Made by a program: the position numbers and the translations under genes. From contig JBBSWH010000003.1 of assembly GCA_038046385.1 (NCBI GenBank), forward strand, positions 1 through 39,473: a DNA stretch of 39,473 nucleotides, read 5' to 3'. Positions 26,723 through 35,521 of this stretch are shown piece after piece. Numbering within the stretch: position 1 is the first letter of the stretch; each line of letters opens with the position of its first letter. Under the pieces are notes generated by a model. That model made no database searches and was not told the origin of the DNA. It saw only the letters and a program-made list of their open reading frames with translations. Origin of the DNA: Nanobdellota archaeon. GTDB lineage: Archaea > Nanobdellota > Nanobdellia > Woesearchaeales > GW2011-AR4.

Positions 26723-27961
26723 ATGTCACAATTAGAATTAACCATATCACAAACAGAAACAGCGCAAAGAATTTTGCAAACACTTGCTCAAGCTAGTGAA
26801 CCCACTTTAATAATAGTTGAAGGAATAAGTGGCGTTGGCAAAAGTGCAGTTCTTGATTCAGTTAAAAGAGAAATTAAATCTGCTAAAGGAAGGATCTTGG
26901 AAAGCTACGAACTCCAACATTATTGGTTGGATTCAGATGCAATTAGCTTACTTAAATCAAGCAAGCATCTTATAAAAACTTGTACCCCTTATGAATCCGA
27001 ATCTTTGCTTAAAAAATTAGAGGAGCATAGGGGCCACAGACAAATTAGCACAATAATTTTACCAGGCATGGATCTAGGCGAGATTGGTGTGTATTTAGAA
27101 CCAAGAGCTAATCAAGCTCAAATGGATATTAATGAGTTGGCAAATCATTCTTTAGGCGTTCCATTATTGGCTGACATGTTATTAATGAACTCAAGAGACC
27201 CTAAAGATGCAGCAATAATAGCAGGAAATCATCTTTCATGTAACTTTGGCCCAGAATTGACTGGAAAAATTGGAGCTAACATGGCTTACCTTGCTAACTA
27301 CTTGAAAATCCCCCCAACAAAAGATGTTTTGCAAGCTGCTACAAATGGAAACTCTTTTGGAGGAGTTTATCACAGTTTGGACCAGATTTTAGCAAGACAA
27401 TTAGAACTAAGGCAAAGAGGGATGAATGAAGAAAGCCCATTGTTCACTGCACCTGAAAGTGTAAAAATATATGATTCAAAATTAGGACGCTATGATGGAA
27501 GCAATATCCATATTTTTGCACCTATACAAAATGCAGACGATTTAACTAGAGTGCAAGAGGCTTTTGAATTATACAGACAAAATGGCCGTGAAAGGCGATT
27601 TAGAATGTTTGGTGCCATGTGGAGAAAAACCGGGATGGCTTTGACAGAAGGAGATTCTGTACACAGTAATGAAAGTGAATGCCAAGATATAGAAAAAACA
27701 TCCCAAAAATATGAATCTGCGTATAATGGCGGCCAACTACCATTAAAAACTGAAGATTCAAGCGTTGGAAGCTTATTTGTTGAAAGCTGGGATCATGAGG
27801 GTCAAGGATCTCATCCAAAGCGTATTGCATGGATGGTAGAAAGCCTGCTTCAGCAAAGAGGAATATCTTATTTAGTGAATATCCCTCATATTAATGTTGC
27901 ATATAAATTTGATGCAAAAACAAATAGTGTGACTATACTTGAGAAACCTATCAAACTTTGA
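26723..27961 (+). CDS. Orphan P-loop NTPase with STAND-like features
   Basis: IIVEGISGVGKS Walker A, ILPGMDLGEI and SLGVPLLA (GxP motif); Walker B not evident. Confidence 0.6.
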   Translation: MSQLELTISQTETAQRILQTLAQASEPTLIIVEGISGVGKSAVLDSVKREIKSAKGRILESYELQHYWLDSDAISLLKSSKHLIKTCTPYESESLLKKLEEHRGHRQISTIILPGMDLGEIGVYLEPRANQAQMDINELANHSLGVPLLADMLLMNSRDPKDAAIIAGNHLSCNFGPELTGKIGANMAYLANYLKIPPTKDVLQAATNGNSFGGVYHSLDQILARQLELRQRGMNEESPLFTAPESVKIYDSKLGRYDGSNIHIFAPIQNADDLTRVQEAFELYRQNGRERRFRMFGAMWRKTGMALTEGDSVHSNESECQDIEKTSQKYESAYNGGQLPLKTEDSSVGSLFVESWDHEGQGSHPKRIAWMVESLLQQRGISYLVNIPHINVAYKFDAKTNSVTILEKPIKL

Positions 27962-27966
27962 TTATT

Positions 27967-29178
27967 TCACTCATACCTAAGCGCATCCACCGGCCTTAGC
28001 TTCGATGCTCTTCTCGCCGGCAGGAATCCTGCTGCTGCGCCTACGAATAAAGAGAATAGCAAGCATCCGATTATCAAAGACAGAGGAAAAGCCGGCTTCA
28101 GTAAAGCAAATCCGTTTGCTGCTGCGATTGAGCCGCCTGCTGAAGAAATCAAGAATCCGAGAAACACGCCAAGAGCGCCGCCAATCAAGCCAATCAGCCC
28201 GGCTTCTACGACGAAAATCATAAGTATATCATTATTCCTAGCCCCTATAGCTTTCATCACGCCAATCTCCTTTGTTCTTTCAATGATGGAAGTGTACATT
28301 GTGTTCATTATGTTGACAAACGCAACAACCATTGAAATCAAAGCAATCAAGACTAGCATTCCGTTAATCACATTAATCACTGTAGTAAAGGTAGCCAAGG
28401 CGTCTTCAAAAGTCTGAACAAAGAAATCCTCTTTGCCTTTGTCCTGATCCTTGAACTTGCGAAGCTTTTCGCTTATGCTTTTGGAAAGCTCAGGAGGGGT
28501 TGTATCTTTCTGCGAGCTAAGGATTATAAATCCAAACTTATCCTTTGAAGCGGGGTGCAGGATTTCAAAGCCTTCCATTGTGATGTAGACATTTGTGTCG
28601 TCCTGCGGGTTTCCGACTTCCTTGTAAAAACCGATAACCTCGAAAGTTTTGCCGTCTATTGATATCTTGTCCCCAACATGAATTGCATTTTTGAATATCT
28701 TGTCTTCAAACTGGTAATTGTACCCAAGGATGACTTTGTCAAGGTCGCCTTTTTTAAGGCTCCTTCCTTTTATGATTTCAGTTGCGAAAGTTTCCTCGAT
28801 AAAATCAATCTCATCTGTTTCAAGCCCCATGAGGAAAGGGTATTTTTTCTGCTCCTTGAACATAACTTCTCCTGCTCTCATGTACATGCCGGTTATTTTG
28901 TCAACTCCCTTTACTTTTTTTATGAAATCAACATCTTCTTTTGAAAGAAAGAAATTCTCGTCTGTTCCCGGCGCTCCGATTCCTTTTGCCTGCACGAAAA
29001 GCTTATTGCGCCCGGACTGGTCTGCTATAGTATCCACATATCTCTGCATGCCTATTCCGAAGCTGAGGAGGGCAAATATTGCGGTTATTCCTATTAATAT
29101 TGAAAGTATTGTAAGGCCGCTTCTAAGCTTTCTTTTCCTGAAATTCTGCAATGCGTATTTTACCTCGTGTATGTTCAT
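27967..29178 (-). CDS. MacB/FtsX-family ABC permease
   Basis: KLRSGLTILSILIGI, NIMNTMYTSIIERTKEIGVMKAIGA and PARRASKLRPVDALRYE. Confidence 0.95.
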   Translation of the reverse strand: MNIHEVKYALQNFRKRKLRSGLTILSILIGITAIFALLSFGIGMQRYVDTIADQSGRNKLFVQAKGIGAPGTDENFFLSKEDVDFIKKVKGVDKITGMYMRAGEVMFKEQKKYPFLMGLETDEIDFIEETFATEIIKGRSLKKGDLDKVILGYNYQFEDKIFKNAIHVGDKISIDGKTFEVIGFYKEVGNPQDDTNVYITMEGFEILHPASKDKFGFIILSSQKDTTPPELSKSISEKLRKFKDQDKGKEDFFVQTFEDALATFTTVINVINGMLVLIALISMVVAFVNIMNTMYTSIIERTKEIGVMKAIGARNNDILMIFVVEAGLIGLIGGALGVFLGFLISSAGGSIAAANGFALLKPAFPLSLIIGCLLFSLFVGAAAGFLPARRASKLRPVDALRYE

Positions 29179-29349
29179 TTTGAACTAACCTCTTTTGCAT
29201 TATTCTTATTCAAAACCTCGGAAATCCTTGATTTCCGATGGTGACCGAAAATCCCATCGGGATTTATCGGCATGAATGCTACGAACGCCTGACCTGCGAG
29301 TGAGCTCGTGCGAACTCGCTCACTTTTCACTGAGTATGTGTTCATTTTG
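29172..29349 (-). repeat. Multi-hairpin cassette flanked by an 11-bp direct repeat and spanned by a 56-aa mini-ORF (29175-29345)
   Basis: CAAAATGAACA (minus strand) at both ends; hairpins TCGGAAATC-ctt-GATTTCCGA, AAATCCC-atc-GGGATTT and AGTGAGC..GCTCACT; ATGA overlaps at both ends. Confidence 0.75.
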
Positions 29350-30568
29350 CAGCCCTCAATGATTCAACTGGGCTCATCTTGGATGCCTGGTATGCAGGCA
29401 AGACTCCAAATGCTGTCCCAAGTATGAACGAAAAAAACAAAGCCCCAATTATTAATGTCAAACTGACGCTTGCCTGTATCAAATCAGAGCCAAGTGCGAT
29501 TCTTCCAATAAATGATATGCCGTATGCCAAAGTCATTCCCAGCGCTATCCCTATCACCCCTCCGACCATTCCAAGCAATCCGGACTCAAAAAAGAATATC
29601 GTGAATATTGCCGAATCTCTAGCTCCAATAGATTTCATTATTCCTATTTCTTTTGTTCTTTCAAGCACGGAAGTGTACATTGTGTTCATTATTCCTATGC
29701 CGCCAACTGCAAGAGAAATTCCAGCTATGATATAAATAAATAATTGCACTGCAAAAAGAGTTGAATTCAGAGTTTCAAGGATCTGCTGCGGGCTGTCAAC
29801 CTGAAAATCTTCCTCGCCTTTGTCAACATTCCTTTCTTTTCTCAAAAGCTTTTCAACATTTTCTTTTACATTTGTAACTTCATTCTGATCCTTGACTTTT
29901 ACCGCTATTATGTCTACTTTTTCTTTGTCGGCTCCCAAAACATCAATAAGAACATCTTCATTTATCAGAAACACGCTGTCAAAGATGAAGCTGCCTTTTT
30001 TTTCCATTATGCCGACAACTTCAAAAGGTATTTTTTTAATTAGAATCTTATCCCCCACTTTTATCCTTTTTCCAAATTCATCTTCTTTTGTGTAATCGTT
30101 TCCAATCAGAACTTTTTTTCCGTCTCCTTCTTTCAAAAGGCGCCCTTCTGCGGCCTTTATGTTGACCATTTTCTCAAAAATCTTACGATTTTCTCCATGA
30201 GGGACAGAAGCAGTAAACCCAATATCCTGCTGTTCATTGAACTCTATCGGTGCAGATTCTATATACCTGTTAAAAGCAGCTTCAACACCATTAATTCCTT
30301 TTATTTTGTCTGCAAGGTCTTTGTTTAAAGGATTTGCAACAGCAGTTCCGGGAGGGCCTGCGAATGCAATGCCGGAAGCCTGCACGCTTAAAATATCAGG
30401 GCCGAGAAAACCAAACTGGGAAGTTATTGCTAATCGCAAGCCTTCTCCAAGGCCTATCAAAGAGATCACTGCAGCAATCCCTATGAAGATGCCAATCATG
30501 GTGAGCCATGACCTTAACTTCCTGCTTTTCAGGCTTTTCAGCGAAAATGCTGCGTAATCCTTTAGCAT
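29342..30568 (-). CDS. MacB/FtsX-family ABC permease
   Basis: KLRSWLTMIGIFIGI and GIMNTMYTSVLERTKEIG; start set at ATG 30568, 1 nt after the upstream stop. Confidence 0.95.
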   Translation of the reverse strand: MLKDYAAFSLKSLKSRKLRSWLTMIGIFIGIAAVISLIGLGEGLRLAITSQFGFLGPDILSVQASGIAFAGPPGTAVANPLNKDLADKIKGINGVEAAFNRYIESAPIEFNEQQDIGFTASVPHGENRKIFEKMVNIKAAEGRLLKEGDGKKVLIGNDYTKEDEFGKRIKVGDKILIKKIPFEVVGIMEKKGSFIFDSVFLINEDVLIDVLGADKEKVDIIAVKVKDQNEVTNVKENVEKLLRKERNVDKGEEDFQVDSPQQILETLNSTLFAVQLFIYIIAGISLAVGGIGIMNTMYTSVLERTKEIGIMKSIGARDSAIFTIFFFESGLLGMVGGVIGIALGMTLAYGISFIGRIALGSDLIQASVSLTLIIGALFFSFILGTAFGVLPAYQASKMSPVESLRAAK

Positions 30569-30569
30569 T

Positions 30570-31814
30570 TTACTTTCTTTTTTTCTTCCAGAACCTGTAG
30601 CCGAAGAAGGCAACTACAGCAATAACTAAGATGAAAAACCAATAAGAGTTTCCTTTGCCGGCAACAAGCCCTAATTTTTTTGCCTCAGATGAAGTGTATA
30701 ATGGCAATGAAAGGCTTATGTCTTTTTTGTAATTCTTGTTGTTTGCATCCTTGTATTCTATTGTCAAAGGAATTGCAACGCTTTTATCAGATGTCTTTTC
30801 CATGTAAAGCTTGAAATCAGCTGTTTCATAGTCATCAGAGTCTATGTTGCCTATGTAGATTTCAGAAGGAGACAATGTTTTGTATTTGTCGCTGCTTAAT
30901 AATTTTAAGTTGACAAACTTCATATCCGGCAATCCGCGGTTGACTATTTTTACTGTGATGTCTCCGGCAGTCCCAGCTGTGTATATTGTTGTGCTGTCAA
31001 CACTGACTGAAACCTCCGGCTCACCGCCAACAACCATGGTAACGACGTTGGATTTGGAATAGTTTTTGTTTAACAAGTCAGAATACCTTAGCATCAAAGG
31101 AACTTTGTAAGATTTTGATGATGCATCAGGATCAACCAACAAATCAAAATCAACAGAAGTTGTTGCCTGTCCATCAATAAATGAGATGACTTTTTCATTT
31201 ACAGAGCCAAGAGGCGAAAAAGGAGTTGCAAGATTGTTGCTTGTTCCCAATTCAAGACTAACTCTTACATCTTTCAATGCAGATGTCGCATAATTTTTTA
31301 ATGTTATCGAAAGCTTTGCCTTTGCTCCAGGAGCTACAACAGCAGGGTCGGATGAGAATTTGTCCACTGCAAGTATTGCGTCATGTGACTGCACATTTAC
31401 GCTAAGGTCGTTCACTACAGAAAGCAATTGACTATCTCCATATTTGAACCCTGCCTTCAATTCGTAATTGCCGTCAGAAGCGCTTTGGTCTACAAGAAGC
31501 TTGTACTTCAAAACAACACTTTGGTCTGCATTGTTAGTATTTCCGAGAACCCCTATTTTTCTTTCAGCAACCTCTCCAGGCACAAGTGAGAATGGATACT
31601 CTGGCACGATGCTAAAGACTACATTCTGGGCAATATCCCCTTCATTGTCTATCTTAAAATTGACTTCAAACTGCTTGCCCGGCTCAACCGGATCAGGATC
31701 CTGATTGTTTATGCTTACCTGTATGCTTGGAGATTTTACATTATACTGCGCGTACGCAACACCTGAAATCAATACCATCAAAACCATAACTGCAATAAAA
31801 ATTTTGTTTTTCAT
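30570..31814 (-). CDS. COG1361-like (S-layer/CARDB Ig-fold) membrane-anchored protein of the ABC operon
   Basis: Signal peptide, QDPDPVEPG...F.I.N.G, repeated beta-sandwich motifs (YIGNIDSDD), C-terminal TM and basic tail; GAGGTGA SD. Confidence 0.85.
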   Translation of the reverse strand: MKNKIFIAVMVLMVLISGVAYAQYNVKSPSIQVSINNQDPDPVEPGKQFEVNFKIDNEGDIAQNVVFSIVPEYPFSLVPGEVAERKIGVLGNTNNADQSVVLKYKLLVDQSASDGNYELKAGFKYGDSQLLSVVNDLSVNVQSHDAILAVDKFSSDPAVVAPGAKAKLSITLKNYATSALKDVRVSLELGTSNNLATPFSPLGSVNEKVISFIDGQATTSVDFDLLVDPDASSKSYKVPLMLRYSDLLNKNYSKSNVVTMVVGGEPEVSVSVDSTTIYTAGTAGDITVKIVNRGLPDMKFVNLKLLSSDKYKTLSPSEIYIGNIDSDDYETADFKLYMEKTSDKSVAIPLTIEYKDANNKNYKKDISLSLPLYTSSEAKKLGLVAGKGNSYWFFILVIAVVAFFGYRFWKKKRK

Positions 31815-31896
31815 TTTTAATTCACCTCAACGGTTTCGTCCGTTGACACCGACATCAAGTGCAATCTGCGATTGCACGGAACCGTTTTTCATTTTT
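31806..31896 (-). repeat. Hairpin cassette flanked by a 13-bp direct repeat, spanned by a 21-aa mini-ORF (31827-31892); homologous to 17126-17257
   Basis: AAAAATGAAAAAC twice; hairpins GTGCAATC-gca-GATTGCAC and TCAACGG-acgaaa-CCGTTGA; peptide MKNGSVQSQIALDVGVNGRNR. Confidence 0.72.
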
Positions 31897-31901
31897 TTTA
31901 G

Positions 31902-32597
31902 TTATCTGTTTCTGTGCGATTTTATTACTTTTCCGTCTTTCAAAAATTCTGTTCTTTCTGCAACTCTTGAAAGATTTACATCATGAGTAACCATCACGAT
32001 TGTTTTTTTCTCGTCTCTGTGCAGCTTTTCAAGGAAATCAAGCACATTTGCCCCTGTTTTGCTGTCAAGGTTTCCTGTCGGCTCGTCAGCCAGGATGACT
32101 TCAGGATTATTTGCAAGGCTTCTTGCAATAGCAACCCTTTGCTGCTGCCCTCCTGAAAGCTCAGATGGGCGATGGTGCATTCTTTCCTTTAATTCCACAA
32201 GATTAAGAAGCTCTGAAGCTTTTTTCTTTCTTAAATCTTCCGGAATTCCCTGGAAAATCATCGGCAGCATAACATTTTCTGCCGCTGTTAATGTGGGTAC
32301 AAGATTGAACTGCTGGAAAATAAACCCTATCTTCTTTCCCCTTATCTGCGCCAAATCAGATTCAGACAGCATGGAAATATCATGGTCTTCAAGCATTACC
32401 CTTCCTTTTGTAGGCACATCCAAGCAGCCAATCATGTTGACTGCAGTTGATTTTCCTGAGCCTGAAGGGCCCATTATGGCAACAAATTCGCCTTCTTTTA
32501 TGTCTAAATTAAGGCCCTGGAGCGCGTTGACCTCAACATCGCCCATTTTGTAAGTTTTCCAGACGTTTTCCAGCTTTATTATTGACTTTTTCATCAT
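31902..32597 (-). CDS. LolD/MacB-type ABC ATPase
   Basis: GPSGSGKS, GFIFQQFNL, LSGGQQQRVAIAR, ADEPTGNLD and MVTHD. Confidence 0.97.
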   Translation of the reverse strand: MMKKSIIKLENVWKTYKMGDVEVNALQGLNLDIKEGEFVAIMGPSGSGKSTAVNMIGCLDVPTKGRVMLEDHDISMLSESDLAQIRGKKIGFIFQQFNLVPTLTAAENVMLPMIFQGIPEDLRKKKASELLNLVELKERMHHRPSELSGGQQQRVAIARSLANNPEVILADEPTGNLDSKTGANVLDFLEKLHRDEKKTIVMVTHDVNLSRVAERTEFLKDGKVIKSHRNR

Positions 32598-32644
32598 TAT
32601 TCATTAAATTGGTATACTCTTTAATTTAAATGTTTTTATTGCTT

Positions 32645-32808
32645 GGCGTTATTGAAAAGTCCTTAGCTTTGAGTTTCGGGTTGCCATCGCTCAGCTTGGA
32701 GTTCATTGTTGGATTGCATTTTTCTCTCTGGAACTCCGAAAAATGCTTGATTTGCTCTTTTGATAAGCTTCGCATATTGATGGCAACCTTCAATTTTTCA
32801 ATAACGCC
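32645..32808. mobile_element. 164-bp MITE with 14-bp perfect TIRs and 8-bp target-site duplication (IS6-like ends)
   Basis: GGCGTTATTGAAAA (32645-32658) and TTTTCAATAACGCC (32795-32808), flanked by TATTGCTT at 32637-32644 and 32809-32816. Confidence 0.9.
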
Positions 32809-32865
32809 TATTGCTTAACATCATATAACACAAATTTTAAATAAGCCCATTTATTCGCTTTTCAG

Positions 32866-33450
32866 ATGAGAGACAGAAAGGAAAAAAAGAAGATTGGATT
32901 AATGCTGTTTATAGTTATAATAATGATAGGCACTTCGTTCGGAGTCATATTCTATGGCTTCTCGCCGGCTTCTAATACTGCGGAATACAATGGGATGACA
33001 TTTGTTTATAGGACAAATGGGAACATATGGACTGCAGAGGTAAACGGAAAGAATGTTGCTTTTAGCTTCCCTCCGCAGGATGTTGAGAAAATACATGTTG
33101 AAGACGAGCTAGCTTCAAGGTTAAAGGACAGGCTTGAAATAGACACAACTTATGACTTAAATGCAACAAATGCACAATGGATTGCGCTTGCACAGCATCA
33201 GATGGGGTTGGTGCTTTTTGAGTATGATGTATACTTAAGACAAGGCTTTACGTCAAACAATACCTATAATTATCCTGTAATAACCTGTGCAGATTCAATT
33301 CCTAGCGTTCCTGTGATTTATTTCAAAGAAGGAAATGAAACAAAAGTTTATCTTGATGGAAACTGCATTATTGCAGAATCATCTTCTGATGCAGACTTCT
33401 TGAAGATAAAAGACAGAATGCTGTATGAAATGCTCGGTGTAATAAAATGA
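32866..33450 (+). CDS. Membrane-anchored hypothetical protein
   Basis: N-terminal TM; C-terminal PVITC...NCII...DRMLY domain shared with the next gene. Confidence 0.8.
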   Translation: MRDRKEKKKIGLMLFIVIIMIGTSFGVIFYGFSPASNTAEYNGMTFVYRTNGNIWTAEVNGKNVAFSFPPQDVEKIHVEDELASRLKDRLEIDTTYDLNATNAQWIALAQHQMGLVLFEYDVYLRQGFTSNNTYNYPVITCADSIPSVPVIYFKEGNETKVYLDGNCIIAESSSDADFLKIKDRMLYEMLGVIK

Positions 33451-34322
33451 AAGGCATACCGCTTAAATCATTGGGAAGTGAACACTTAAAATCGAACGAC
33501 CCAAGAAAAAGGATGGAGGTATTGAACTCCAGCCACGATGCAGGTATTGTATCTGACGAGGAATTTGAGAAACAGAAGCAGAATCTCGATGCTGAAATAG
33601 ACAGATTCAACAAGGCTGCTGAAACAATAACTAATGCTCCTGAAAAACAGGAGGAAGATCCAAAAAAATCCGACAAGGCGCTGATTATCGGGATTGCATT
33701 CATAGCGCTTCTTTTAGCTGCAATTTTTTTAATAAGCCATTTTACAAAACAAGAGCCAAAGACAATAGAAGAAATGCACCTTCTTAATTTACAAGGTAAA
33801 CTGAAGCCGGAGCAGGGATATATCTATAAGGGAATCTACAGCTTCATAACTTTTGACAATCAATGGTACACACAATTAAAATCTCCCGGAGGAACGAAGC
33901 TTTACGACTTATCATTAAGATATTCTCCAAAAGATGTTGAGCAAATAGATATTAAGGGGGTTTTGGATGAAAACATGTTCAACAACAAAACAGAGTTTTA
34001 TTACACATTCAATCCAAAAGGAACAGACTTTTCGTATGTTGCGCTGGCCGTCGCAGATTTCAGCACCCACATGGCAAAAGCTTTTGATAAAAACCCGATT
34101 GCAGCATGCGACAGGAATGAAACAAACGCGTGCAGGGAAAGGCCGATTGTAACGTGCGAAAATACCGATAAGATAGTACTTTACATAAACGAATCAGAAA
34201 AAACCGGAGTTTCGTACAACGCTAACTGCATACTCGTAAGCGGAAAAGGATTTGACCTTGTCAAAGGCGTTGACAGGGTTTTGTACAATCTGTATAACAT
34301 AATGGAACAGCAAGAAAACTGA
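33447..34322 (+). CDS. Membrane-anchored hypothetical protein with SHOCT-like N-terminus, paralog of the upstream gene
   Basis: GIVSDEEFEKQK motif, one TM, PIVTC...NCIL...DRVLY; ATGA overlap. Confidence 0.8.
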   Translation: MKGIPLKSLGSEHLKSNDPRKRMEVLNSSHDAGIVSDEEFEKQKQNLDAEIDRFNKAAETITNAPEKQEEDPKKSDKALIIGIAFIALLLAAIFLISHFTKQEPKTIEEMHLLNLQGKLKPEQGYIYKGIYSFITFDNQWYTQLKSPGGTKLYDLSLRYSPKDVEQIDIKGVLDENMFNNKTEFYYTFNPKGTDFSYVALAVADFSTHMAKAFDKNPIAACDRNETNACRERPIVTCENTDKIVLYINESEKTGVSYNANCILVSGKGFDLVKGVDRVLYNLYNIMEQQEN

Positions 34323-34912
34323 TGGAACATTATTACTCAGAAGAGCCAAAATCATCTGGAGATACAAAAAAAATAAGCCAGAGGATAAACGGAAAGAGTT
34401 TTGAATTCTATACTTCCAAGGGCGTTTTTTCAAAGGAGCATGTTGACAAGGGAACTTTGGCTCTTGCGGAAAGCATGGTGATACTTCCTGATTCAAAAGT
34501 GCTTGATATGGGATGCGGCATTGGGATTCTGGGAATTGCAGCAGCTAAGATATTTGATGTAGATGCCTTCATGAGCGACATCAACAAAAGAGCTGTTACG
34601 CTTGCAAAGAAAAATCTTGGATTGAATAAGGTTAAAGGGACAATTTTGCAGGGAGATCTTTTTGAAAAAGTCACAGACAATGATTTTGATGTTATTCTGT
34701 CTAATCCGCCGCAGCACGCAGGCAAAGAAGTTTGCTTTAAGCTGATTGAAGAGTCAATAAAATATCTTAAGCAGAACGGAAGCTTTCAGCTGGTTGCGCG
34801 CCATAACAAAGGGGGAAGAACTTTAAGCGAGAAGATGGAAGAAGTTTATGGAAACTCTGAGATAATCGCGAAGAGGCACGGGTTTACGGTTTATAGGAGT
34901 ATTAAAAACTAA
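34322..34912 (+). CDS. RsmC/MTS-like small SAM-dependent methyltransferase
   Basis: MEHYYS, GVFS..VD.GT, VLDMGCGIG, DINKRAV and SNPP.HAG. Confidence 0.9.
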   Translation: MEHYYSEEPKSSGDTKKISQRINGKSFEFYTSKGVFSKEHVDKGTLALAESMVILPDSKVLDMGCGIGILGIAAAKIFDVDAFMSDINKRAVTLAKKNLGLNKVKGTILQGDLFEKVTDNDFDVILSNPPQHAGKEVCFKLIEESIKYLKQNGSFQLVARHNKGGRTLSEKMEEVYGNSEIIAKRHGFTVYRSIKN

Positions 34913-34970
34913 GTCCCGTACACTCTTGAATTTCGCATAAATTTATAAATCATTTATTCATTCTTAAGTT

Positions 34971-35450
34971 ATGGGATTGGTACAACAATTTGAAAAATCA
35001 GGATTCTCTGGCTTAAATTTAGACCATTTAGTAGAAAAAGCTAGTGCAAGACAAAGAAGAGTAACCAGAAAAAAGATAGCAAAATCAGCCAGCAATGGGA
35101 ATGGTGTAAAAAGAGATCACTGGGTGAACCATGCCGGAACTTATAGGGATGAAGAATTAAGAAGGGCTCCAAAATACTGGGGCAGGAATAAGCCGGTTTT
35201 AGTGGATAATCCAATAAAATCATATCAAGATTTGGCAGAAGCTATCAATTTAATAGCTGCCGGGGACAGAAACCATACTGATTATTCTAGAACTACGGGA
35301 TTAAACAGGGAAAGATTAATCCTAGCCGAATCGTGGAGAGACAGGGGAGTATCTTATGAAATTGCCGATATCGTGGGATTAAATTTTCAGCAAATTAGAA
35401 GTGAATTGGGCTACGGAAAAGCGCGTTTTGGAAGAGTTTATCCACATTAA
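34971..35450 (+). CDS. Hypothetical basic protein, possible C-terminal HTH
   Basis: 159-aa ORF with its own TTTATAAA box; GVSYEIADIVGLNFQQIR. Confidence 0.6.
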   Translation: MGLVQQFEKSGFSGLNLDHLVEKASARQRRVTRKKIAKSASNGNGVKRDHWVNHAGTYRDEELRRAPKYWGRNKPVLVDNPIKSYQDLAEAINLIAAGDRNHTDYSRTTGLNRERLILAESWRDRGVSYEIADIVGLNFQQIRSELGYGKARFGRVYPH

Positions 35451-35521
35451 ATTAAAATCTTTATTCTGTAGTAGTAACAATAGAAAGGTTTTTAAATAAA
35501 ACTTCTAACTATCACCACTAT

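Noticed and set aside
26425-27961. Intact integrative element at tRNA-Thr
   Set aside because: The att-like 18-bp repeats are only 93 bp apart, I saw no further copy, and there is no integrase in the window.
31830-31887. Hammerhead-like fold (stem-TTGATGTC...GAC-GAAA-CCGTT)
   Set aside because: The core lacks CUGANGA, and the homologous copy at 17126 does not keep stem III.
32630-32818. 62-aa plus-strand ORF
   Set aside because: It coincides with the MITE and has no protein-like features.
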